Shown here: positions 1 to 8,527 of the stretch, one piece after another
How positions within the stretch are numbered: the stretch's first letter is position 1
Layout: every line of letters starts with the position of its first letter
Assembly: GCA_963674945.2 (NCBI GenBank)
Contig: CAXXWQ010000004.1
Coordinates: forward strand, 1,920,001-1,984,000
Source of the DNA: an uncultured Desulfosarcina sp.
GTDB taxonomy: Bacteria; Desulfobacterota; Desulfobacteria; Desulfobacterales; Desulfosarcinaceae
Direction of reading: 5' to 3'
DNA: 64,000 nucleotides
Position numbers and translations under genes: made by a program
Notes under the pieces: generated by a model
Seen by the model: only the letters and a program-made list of their open reading frames with translations
What the model was told of the DNA's origin: nothing
Databases searched by the model: none

Positions 1-1755
1 GCCGATCCGGGTCACCTGCGCCTTGGTCTGTTCATCGTCTTCGACCGGTGAAAGGTCGATGAGCCCCTCCAGACGCCGCCGGGCCCAAAGATAAGGCAAT
101 GCGTCATGGGCGTTTGACGGCAAGACATCGGATGCCTGGAAGAATTCTTCATACCGTCCGTCGCCGGCAGTTCCCCTGATACCGATGGTCCCGAAGGGTT
201 CACCGCGCCACTTGCCGCAGATGATCAAGGGGCGCTGGGCAAACAGATCGGCCGGCTGCTCTGGTTCGACCTCGTAGGCGTCGAAACCTTCCATATCGAT
301 CTCGATATCCGTGAGGACCGGCGCCGCGATATATTGCCTGAAACGGGCCGCGGCAACCGTGGCTTCATCGGCTTCGGTGACCACGAAGGGCTCCCCCTGC
401 CCTGCCCTGGCCAGCCCTTCGATGAGATGGCGATTGACGCTGCTGCCGATCCCGAAAGCAAAAAAATTACACTGTCCCACCCCATCGGCGACCAGGCCGA
501 ACACCCTCTTTTCCGCGGCGATATACCCATCGGTGACCACGACCATGGTGCGGGCATAGCCTTCATCGTGGGGCATGTCGAGACCGGTTGTAAGTGCCCT
601 TGCCAGTTCGGTGCTGCCACCGCCTTTCTCGTTTTCGATGAATGTTACGGCAGCCTGAATGAGGGCCGGATCGGCCTGAATGGATCGGGGAGAGAGCAGT
701 CGGGCCGCACCGGCAAAGAGGATCACATTGAACCGATCTTCGGGACGCAGGCCCGCCAATAGATCTTTCATCAGTAACTTGGCGGTATTCAGCGGGAAGC
801 CATGCATGGAGCCGGAAACATCCAACACGAAAATATATTCCCGGGGCGGCATGTCCTCCGGCGCCACGCGATGGGGAGGCTGGACCATGAGCATGAAAAA
901 GTTTTCCGCACCGCCACGATGCAGCATCAGCCCGGAATGGATCCGGTCGCCGCTGAGACGATAGTCCAGAACGAAATCCCTGTTGCCGCCGTGGGATTCT
1001 TCAGGCGCCAAGGAGATGTGTGCCTTGGATGGACCATCCCATGCCACATCGGTGGCGTGGGAAGAGCATGCCACCTGTTGGATGGGAATACCGCCGGCGA
1101 CGGTAACCCGGATCCCGAATATGCTGGTGGGTTTTTGCCCTTGGGTCAGGTAAGGATTTTGAAGCCATCGATGGTGGTCGTCGGCGCCTGTCTCGGATAT
1201 GGTGGAATAGCGCGGACCGACCACCGTGGGATACACAAACCGGTACATGCCCTCTTCGGGCACCAGCAGTTCGCTGTAGTGCAGGTCGATGGCGATGGTT
1301 TCGCCGGGCATGATGTTGGCCACGTTCATGGAGAACACATTGGGCCGCTGCTGCTCCAAAAGCGATGCGCTCCTGCCTTGGCTTTTGGCTTTGTCGAACA
1401 CCTTCCTGGCCTTGGAACGGGCTTTGATGCGGGCCTCGATGACCTCTTCCCCCACGGTCATACGCATCCCATGGACCGCCGCCCGGGTGGAGGAAGGAAA
1501 CACATAACGGGCGTTGATGGGCTGGGTACCCGTGTTGGCATAGGTCTGGGTCACCCGCACATCGGCGATTACCCCGCTGATCATCGCTTTCACCGATGTG
1601 GATTTCAGTGGAAAACTCTCCTGGCCTTCGGCGCCGCTCTCGACGAAAAAATAGGGCGAAAGGCGCTTTTCACCATTTTCCGCATCCGCCGGGACAACGC
1701 CGGCCCAGAACACCCCCAAAAGCAAACAAACAATCACTGCTTTCTTTCCCATCAT
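1..1755 (-). CDS. Secreted VIT (vault/inter-alpha-trypsin) plus VWA domain protein, 3' end beyond the window edge
   Basis: Absent from the ORF track because it has no stop in the window. Manual translation from ATG 1755 (GGAGG RBS upstream) gives MMGKKAVIVCLLLGVFWAGVVPADA (signal peptide), VIT motifs (VIADVRVTQTYAN, YVFP, ASLLEQQRPNVFSMNVANI) and a VWA MIDAS motif YIFVLDVSGSM. Confidence 0.85.
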   Translation of the reverse strand, partial: MMGKKAVIVCLLLGVFWAGVVPADAENGEKRLSPYFFVESGAEGQESFPLKSTSVKAMISGVIADVRVTQTYANTGTQPINARYVFPSSTRAAVHGMRMTVGEEVIEARIKARSKARKVFDKAKSQGRSASLLEQQRPNVFSMNVANIMPGETIAIDLHYSELLVPEEGMYRFVYPTVVGPRYSTISETGADDHHRWLQNPYLTQGQKPTSIFGIRVTVAGGIPIQQVACSSHATDVAWDGPSKAHISLAPEESHGGNRDFVLDYRLSGDRIHSGLMLHRGGAENFFMLMVQPPHRVAPEDMPPREYIFVLDVSGSMHGFPLNTAKLLMKDLLAGLRPEDRFNVILFAGAARLLSPRSIQADPALIQAAVTFIENEKGGGSTELARALTTGLDMPHDEGYARTMVVVTDGYIAAEKRVFGLVADGVGQCNFFAFGIGSSVNRHLIEGLARAGQGEPFVVTEADEATVAAARFRQYIAAPVLTDIEIDMEGFDAYEVEPEQPADLFAQRPLIICGKWRGEPFGTIGIRGTAGDGRYEEFFQASDVLPSNAHDALPYLWARRRLEGLIDLSPVEDDEQTKAQVTRIG

Positions 1756-1936
1756 CAACCTCCATTGTTTTGTGCACCGATTCGTTTTCTCTTCTCCGCG
1801 CATCCTGCATGGAAGAAGTGAAATGAAAATGAAGGTTTTGTGAAAAGCGGATGAAAAAGAAAGGGGCAATCACAAAGCATGTATATCCGGTGGCAAAGGT
1901 GATGCTGGCTTGCTCGGGTCTCCACATCCCAACGGA

Positions 1937-2080
1937 TTATCCTGTGGTCACGGCGATCTGCTGTTCGTTTTCGAAGATATCCAGATCCGGCGTAAAGACC
2001 AAGCCGGGCCTCGTCTGCTCGGCGGGGATCGCTACCTCTTGTTTTTCTTTTACCTGAAGATCTTTGGAGTCACTTATTGT
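1937..2080 (-). pseudogene. N-terminal fragment of an Hsp20 small heat-shock protein
   Basis: Reads SDSKDLQVKEKQEVAIPAEQTRPGLVFTPDLDIFENEQQI then stops. AAGGAG RBS is present but a TAA occupies the expected start position, and the alpha-crystallin domain is missing. Confidence 0.65.
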
Positions 2081-2358
2081 TTATCCGAAAACTCCTTCGC
2101 TCTCTGGCCACCCAGTTAGGGATCAAGCAAAAATCACCGTTCGACGACCTCATGGAGGATGAAAATGCATTGAACGCCATCGCGGCGGCGTCACCACCTG
2201 ACAATACGGTGAGGGAGCTGCGCATTCAAAAGACATTCGTTGTCAGCCAAAGATCGTTGGCCGCCCTGGAAGCAATAACCAAGCGTTCGCCGGCATCTCG
2301 GGATGACCTGGTTGAACGGTCGATCCAGCGGCTGCTGCCGATTCTCGAATTGGAATAA
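2077..2358 (+). pseudogene. Probable internal fragment of a conserved hypothetical protein
   Basis: Protein-like segments LGIKQKSPFDDLMED, RIQKTFVVSQRSL and RDDLVERSIQRLLP, with a TTG start lacking an RBS and abutting the Hsp20 remnant. Family resemblance is from recall only. Confidence 0.4.
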
Positions 2359-2767
2359 TTTTCAGCTCGAGTTGCCCTCCTATAAAATGAAAGATCCGCT
2401 CTTATGTTAACTTAGCCCTTTTGGCCGCAGTTATTTTAAGATACACTACCACAAGCAAGTGGCTCGAGCGGACACCAATCAACATGGCTCGGACCCTACG
2501 GACTGGCCAGCATCGTATTCACCGTGATCGTTCTCAACGCGCACCTACCCGGCAGAAAAACCATCACCATGACAGTCATTTGCACGGTTATTTGAGTTAC
2601 GTGTGACCGTCCACGGAATCAGCGCCAACGCTGCAGAAAAAGACGGCCAACGATGAATGACCAATGGTGAACATGCAGAAAAACTTCAGCAATAGACCTG
2701 TTGTAAAAGTTGCAATCAACCGATAATACAATCCATACGACGTATGCAACAAAAAGTGAGAGGACCC

Positions 2768-5700
2768 ATGTTTACCTACCGCCCCAGCATCCGGGACAAA
2801 CTCATTTCCATTTTCATTGTTATCAAAGTGTTGCCCCTCGTAGCCCTTGCGTGGTTCTCCTGGAAGGCCGTATCCCATTTGGCCTTTACTGTCGAGGGTC
2901 AGGTATCGGAAATGGTCTCCGAAAGCCGGGATGTTGTCGGACAGATTGGAAAGATATCCACGGAAAACTCAATTCGCGCCCTGGATGTAAAAGCCCGCGA
3001 GTCCATCGAGCGGTTGACGACGGATACAGCCAAATCCGTAGCGATGTTTTTGTATGACCGGGACCGGGACATCGAGCATGCCGCATCCCTCGAACCGTCT
3101 GAAACCGCATATAAAAAATTTCTTCGCCACCAGACCAAACCGGTAATCGATCATCGCCCCTGGGTGATGGATGACGCCGGCAAAACATGGGTTCCTGCCA
3201 GGCCTGTTACGCCGGCTGAACCGGTGGTTACATCCCAAAACCATGACAACCGCACCGATTTTCATTATCGCTTTCCGGAGCAGACAGGGATCACCCATCA
3301 ACGACCGTTGTTTTTAGAGATGACCTTTGTCGACCTTGCCGGACACGAGAAGGTCAAGGTGACCACCTCAGCGCGGATGGACCGCCACCTGCGGAATATC
3401 AGCAAAAAGGAAAATACATACTGCAAGGCGGAAACGTATTTTGACAAGCTGAAAACCCTGAAACCCGGTGATATCTATGTGTCCGATGTGATTGGCGCCT
3501 ATGTGAAGGGTTACATGATCGGCCCCTACACCAAGGCCAGGGCTAAGGAGCAGGGGATGCCGTTTGCCCCCGAATCATCGGGGTATGCCGGGAAAGAAAA
3601 TCCTGTGGGCAAGCGGTTTGAAGGCATTATCCGCTGGGCCACCCCGGTTGTGGACAATGGCGCGATAACCGGGTACGTCACACTGGCACTTGATCATGTG
3701 CATGTGATGGAGTTTACGGATCATATCATTCCGACCGAAGAACGCTACTCTCCCATATCGGATGCCGGAAGTGGGAATTATGCATTCATGTGGGACTACT
3801 TGGGCCGCTGCATATCCCACCCTCGCGACTATTTTATCGTCGGGCATGACCCGTCCACCGGAGAAATTGCCGTGCCATGGCTCGATGAGGAGTTGTATAC
3901 CTCCTGGCAAAAAAGCAATTTGCCCATCAGCCGATTTTTGGAAACCGTCCCCCGGTTCAAGGAACAATCCTTGAGAAAGAGACCTGCGGCGTCTCTGACA
4001 AAAGCGGGGCTGGTCGCTTTGGACGGACGCTTTCTCAATTTTGCCCCCCAATGCACCGGATGGCACAACCTGACACAAAATGGCGGTTCAGGATCATTTC
4101 TTATCTACTGGAGCGGTTTGTGGAAACTGACAACCGCCGCTGCGATCCCCTATTTCACAGGTCAATATGGCGATCACCCCCGAGGATTCGGATATGTGAC
4201 CATCGGGGCCAATGTGGATGAGTTTCACCGGGCCGCCAATGAAACCGCCGATAGAATCGAAACCATCGAAAAGACATACCAATCGAGTCTAAAAGCCAAA
4301 TCGGAGCGAAACAAAGCCGCCATGGCCCGGACCTTGAAAGATACGGCCAGAGACCTCGGGCTCTACACTTCGCTGATGATCGTCATCGTTATTTTCATTG
4401 CCATTTGGATGGCAGCCGCCCTCACCGGCAAAATCACTAGCATGATCAAGGGGATCGGGCGTTTTCAACGGGGAGAGCGCGGGCACCGCCTGGAAAGAAA
4501 ATCCACGGATGAGATGGGACGGTTGGCACAGGCGTTCAACGATATGGCCGACAGCGTGGAACAATCCATAGAAGAGATGCAAACTGCCAAAGAGACCGCT
4601 GAAAATACCAATATACTGTTAAAGGCTGAGATCGAAGAGAGGGAAAAAGCGGAGAAAGCCCTCGCCCGCCATCGTGACAATCTGGAAGTACGGGTCAAAG
4701 AGAGGACCCGGAAACTGGAAATAGAGATCGCAGACCGTAAAAGAATCGAAAAGATACAGCAAAACAGCGAAGACCGCCTCCGAAGACAGAATGACAGTCT
4801 TGTAAAATTGGCCAGAAATGAAGCGATTTATCTGGGCAATTTTAACGATGCGGTGCGGCTCATCGTGGAAACCGCGGCCCAAACCATGGACGTGGAACGC
4901 TGCAGCGTGTGGATGTTTGATAAAAACCACGATAAAATTGAATTGTTGGCATGTTATACATTGAGTTCCAAGTCCCATGTCACTGGCGGTGAGCTACTGG
5001 CTGACGATCACCCCGTCTACTTCAAAGCACTCGCGTCGGACCGGGTGATCGCCGCATCGGACGCCTATCACGACGTTAGAACAAAAGAATTTGCAAAGCA
5101 CTACCTGCCGGCGAATGATATCGTGTCCATGCTGGACGTAAGCATATTGACCCATGGCGAAGTGGTGGGTGTTGTATGTGTCGAACAAAAAGCGGAGAAA
5201 CGGCATTGGAAAATTGATGAGATTCAATTTATCAGTTCCATCTCCGATCTGGTTGCGCTGTCCTTGAATGCATCCGAGCGCCGGCAGGCGGAAATGGAAA
5301 AAAAAGAACTGGAGTATCGCCTTCACCGCGCAGAGAAGATGGAGGCCATCGGAACGCTGGCAGGTGGAGTGGCCCACGATCTGAACAATATTCTTTCCGG
5401 AATCGTCAGCTATCCGGAACTGCTGCTCATGAAGTTACCCACCGGCAGTGATATGAAAAATCCCCTGGAGACCATATTGAGTGCCGGGAAACGCGCCGCG
5501 GCAATCGTACAGGATCTTTTAACCCTGGCAAGACGGGGCGTGGTCGTATCGGAAACCGTGAATTTGAACACCATCGTTTCAGATTACCTGGACAGCCCCG
5601 AACATCGCAAACTCATTTCGTTTCATCCAATGGTAAACGTCAAGATCGATCTTGATCCGGATTTGATGAATATCTCCGGCTCTCCCGTTCATCTGTCCAA

Positions 5701-6469
5701 GACGATCATGAACCTGGTATCCAACTCCGTTGAGGCGATGCCGGAAGGCGGGTCTATCTCGATATCCACACAAAACAAGTACGTGGATCTGCCCATCGGG
5801 GGTTACAGCGATGTGACCGAAGGCGATTACGCCGTCCTGACCGTTACCGATACGGGTTTCGGTATTTCCCCTGACGATTTACGTCACATCTTCGAACCCT
5901 TTTATACAAAAAAGAAAATGGGGCGAAGCGGCACAGGCTTGGGTATGGCGGTGGTGTGGGGAACGGTGGATGACCACAAAGGCTACATCGATGTGGAAAG
6001 CCGCGAAGGAACCGGAACTCGTTTTACGCTCTATTTTCCGGTCATCCGAGAAACCCTTGAGAGGAATCAGATCAACGTCTTGACGGACGAAGACTGCCGC
6101 GGCGACGGAGAAACAATTCTTATTGTCGATGACGTGGAAGAACAGCGGACCATTGCCTCGATGATTCTATCGGAACTCGGCTATCGGGTCACGGCCGTAT
6201 CCAGCGGTGAGATGGCCATCGACTATTTGTCTTCCCATTCGGTTGATCTGATCGTCCTCGACATGATCATGGACCCGGGTATGGATGGCCTCGATACTTA
6301 CCGAAAAGTGATCGAGCTGCATCCCGGCCAAAAGGCCATTATCGCCAGCGGCTACTCTGAAACGGAACGGGTTCGCGCGGCACACAAGCTGGGAGTGGGT
6401 CAATATTTGAAAAAACCCTACTCCCTGAAACAGCTTGGCAGGGCCGTAAAGGTTGAACTGAACCGATGA
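2768..6469 (+). CDS. Hybrid sensor histidine kinase (large extracytoplasmic domain, HAMP, GAF, HisKA, HATPase, REC)
   Basis: Two TM segments, HAMP (DEMGRLAQAFNDMA), GAF, H-box GGVAHDLNNIL, G-box GTGLGM, receiver ILIVDD...LDMIM...KP. GAGAGG RBS before ATG 2768. Confidence 0.93.
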   Translation: MFTYRPSIRDKLISIFIVIKVLPLVALAWFSWKAVSHLAFTVEGQVSEMVSESRDVVGQIGKISTENSIRALDVKARESIERLTTDTAKSVAMFLYDRDRDIEHAASLEPSETAYKKFLRHQTKPVIDHRPWVMDDAGKTWVPARPVTPAEPVVTSQNHDNRTDFHYRFPEQTGITHQRPLFLEMTFVDLAGHEKVKVTTSARMDRHLRNISKKENTYCKAETYFDKLKTLKPGDIYVSDVIGAYVKGYMIGPYTKARAKEQGMPFAPESSGYAGKENPVGKRFEGIIRWATPVVDNGAITGYVTLALDHVHVMEFTDHIIPTEERYSPISDAGSGNYAFMWDYLGRCISHPRDYFIVGHDPSTGEIAVPWLDEELYTSWQKSNLPISRFLETVPRFKEQSLRKRPAASLTKAGLVALDGRFLNFAPQCTGWHNLTQNGGSGSFLIYWSGLWKLTTAAAIPYFTGQYGDHPRGFGYVTIGANVDEFHRAANETADRIETIEKTYQSSLKAKSERNKAAMARTLKDTARDLGLYTSLMIVIVIFIAIWMAAALTGKITSMIKGIGRFQRGERGHRLERKSTDEMGRLAQAFNDMADSVEQSIEEMQTAKETAENTNILLKAEIEEREKAEKALARHRDNLEVRVKERTRKLEIEIADRKRIEKIQQNSEDRLRRQNDSLVKLARNEAIYLGNFNDAVRLIVETAAQTMDVERCSVWMFDKNHDKIELLACYTLSSKSHVTGGELLADDHPVYFKALASDRVIAASDAYHDVRTKEFAKHYLPANDIVSMLDVSILTHGEVVGVVCVEQKAEKRHWKIDEIQFISSISDLVALSLNASERRQAEMEKKELEYRLHRAEKMEAIGTLAGGVAHDLNNILSGIVSYPELLLMKLPTGSDMKNPLETILSAGKRAAAIVQDLLTLARRGVVVSETVNLNTIVSDYLDSPEHRKLISFHPMVNVKIDLDPDLMNISGSPVHLSKTIMNLVSNSVEAMPEGGSISISTQNKYVDLPIGGYSDVTEGDYAVLTVTDTGFGISPDDLRHIFEPFYTKKKMGRSGTGLGMAVVWGTVDDHKGYIDVESREGTGTRFTLYFPVIRETLERNQINVLTDEDCRGDGETILIVDDVEEQRTIASMILSELGYRVTAVSSGEMAIDYLSSHSVDLIVLDMIMDPGMDGLDTYRKVIELHPGQKAIIASGYSETERVRAAHKLGVGQYLKKPYSLKQLGRAVKVELNR

Positions 6470-6609
6470 AATGCAATAAGTCCCTCATATTCCGGATGGC
6501 GAACAAACGGATTGACGCCGTTTTTGGGGGACTTTCTCTCATCGGATTTCTGCTGCGGGCTCTCTTTTCTCATCTCGGCTATCTGTTGATTTCAGGAGTA
6601 AACTTGTAA
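6466..6609 (+). CDS. Possible 47-aa small hydrophobic protein
   Basis: ATGA overlap with the kinase stop. MKCNKSLIFRMANKRIDAVFGGLSLIGFLLRALFSHLGYLLISGVNL, below the ORF-track cutoff. Confidence 0.3.
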   Translation: MKCNKSLIFRMANKRIDAVFGGLSLIGFLLRALFSHLGYLLISGVNL

Positions 6610-6665
6610 CGAGTTGTTACGAAAACGTTGTCAAAGCCCTATTCTTCGCATAGAATACAAACGAT

Positions 6666-8204
6666 ATGATGAAATTCAGATTCAGAATATGGCTGGTAGC
6701 ATGGATGCTTACCGGACTTCTGGCCGGCGGTTGTGCCACAATATCCTTCGATGAACCCAAGTCAACCACGACTGCGATTACCGACACCGCCGCCACGGTA
6801 CTGGGCAGGTATGCCGCAGCCAAGACGGAACATCTTGACGGTCAGTCGGCTTTTTATCCTCTGAGCCATGGTATGGATGCCCTTGGCGTTCGACTCCACC
6901 TGGCGGATATGGCGGAAAAATGCATCGACCTGCAGTATTTCTTAATGAAAAACGATACCGCCGGCGCCGTCATGGCCAAGGCATTGCTCAAAGCGGCGGA
7001 CCGGGGCGTCCGAATCCGTTTTCTGCTGGATGACGTTTTCACCACCGTACCCGATGACAGTTTCCTGCTGATCAACAAACATCCAAACATCGAAATCAGA
7101 ATATTCAATCCCGTTTCCCGAAGCGGTATCTACGCCATTAACTATGCTGCCCAGTTCGCCCAAGCGAACCGGCGCATGCACAACAAATCCTTCACGGTGG
7201 ACAATTCCATCAGCGTCGTCGGAGGACGTAACATTGCCGATGAGTACTTCCAGCTAAAAGAAAACGCTGTATTTGTCGACTTCGATGTGTTGGCTGTTGG
7301 ACCTATAACGGACGAGATTTCTCATTCCTTCGATCAATATTGGAACCACTCGCGCGCCGTTCCCATCGACCAATTCATCGAAGATAAAAAAGGCGAAAAT
7401 CTGGAAGATGTTCGGGAAGAAATCGCCGAAGAACTCGATGATATTTATGAAACCGTGTTCAACCAGGCACTGGAAAGCCAATTGTTGCAAGATCTCATCG
7501 CGGATCGAAGGACGCTGTACACGGGTCCGGCGATGGTACTCGCCGATGATCCCGACAAGCTCATCAACCCGATCGACGAAGTGCACATGAAGCTCGCACA
7601 GAATTTGCGGGACATCCTGCATCAGGCGGAAAAAGAAATCATCTTCATTACCCCCTACTACATACCGGGAAAGCGTGGTGTGCAGCTTGCCAACGACTTG
7701 GCGGCCAAGGGGCTGCGCGCGGTGATCATCACCAATTCACTGGCGTCAACCAATCATGTGCCTGTTCATTCCGCCTATGCCCGATATCGCCGGGATATCA
7801 TTCGGGCCGGAATCGAATTGTATGAGATACGCGCCAATGCCGCCCAGGAATTGACCGGTGATGCGCATGCCCCGGAAAGGTTGACCCTGCATACCAAGGC
7901 CATTATCGTCGACGAACGGTACCTTTTTATCGGTTCACTGAATCTCGACCCGCGCTCCATCGAAATCAACGCAGAAATGGGCCTGTTCATCGACTGCCCC
8001 CCCCTGGCCACCCGATATACACGGAACGGAGACGAGCGAATATCGGCCCTTACCTACCGGGTACGGGAAAGCGACGAGAAGAAACTGGAATGGCACGGCC
8101 GGATCGACGGCCGGGAGGTGATCGAAACAAATGAGCCGCTGACCGGTTGGTGGCGACGCTTCAAGGCCTGGTTCATGAAAATCGCCCCGGAGAGCCAATT
8201 GTAA
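6666..8204 (+). CDS. Phospholipase D family lipoprotein (ClsC/YmdC-like cardiolipin synthase type)
   Basis: Lipobox-like LLAGGC and two HKD motifs, MHNKSFTVD...GGRN and LHTKAIIVD...GSLNLD. Confidence 0.9.
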   Translation: MMKFRFRIWLVAWMLTGLLAGGCATISFDEPKSTTTAITDTAATVLGRYAAAKTEHLDGQSAFYPLSHGMDALGVRLHLADMAEKCIDLQYFLMKNDTAGAVMAKALLKAADRGVRIRFLLDDVFTTVPDDSFLLINKHPNIEIRIFNPVSRSGIYAINYAAQFAQANRRMHNKSFTVDNSISVVGGRNIADEYFQLKENAVFVDFDVLAVGPITDEISHSFDQYWNHSRAVPIDQFIEDKKGENLEDVREEIAEELDDIYETVFNQALESQLLQDLIADRRTLYTGPAMVLADDPDKLINPIDEVHMKLAQNLRDILHQAEKEIIFITPYYIPGKRGVQLANDLAAKGLRAVIITNSLASTNHVPVHSAYARYRRDIIRAGIELYEIRANAAQELTGDAHAPERLTLHTKAIIVDERYLFIGSLNLDPRSIEINAEMGLFIDCPPLATRYTRNGDERISALTYRVRESDEKKLEWHGRIDGREVIETNEPLTGWWRRFKAWFMKIAPESQL

Positions 8205-8227
8205 ACACCCGGAAAGGGAAATGGTGT

Positions 8228-8527
8228 ATGCCCGATTATCACCAGTTTGCCATGATACAGGAAAATGAAGTGATCATGCTGGTCCTCGGCGTGGGTGTGC
8301 TGATCTTCATCATCAGCAATTATGCGAGGCTGAAACCATACCCTTCGATACACATTCTGATCGCCGGATTCTGTTTCAGCCTGCTGGGGTGGTCGCTGAC
8401 CGTTGCCGAGGGTTTCCTGCTGGGCGCGACGCTGAATGTTGCCGAACATCTCTGTTACCTTTTCAGTGTCTTGTGTATCGCCTTGTGGCTGCACAAAGCA
8501 TTTGTCGCCGCCAAGGAGACGGATTGA
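8228..8527 (+). CDS. Small three-helix membrane protein
   Basis: Three hydrophobic segments. Its TGA overlaps the ATG of the downstream kinase (TGATG). Exact start uncertain. Confidence 0.75.
   Translation: MPDYHQFAMIQENEVIMLVLGVGVLIFIISNYARLKPYPSIHILIAGFCFSLLGWSLTVAEGFLLGATLNVAEHLCYLFSVLCIALWLHKAFVAAKETD

Noticed and set aside
802..1821. 339-aa plus-strand ORF
   Set aside because: Antisense shadow of the VIT-VWA gene on the minus strand, with no recognisable motifs.
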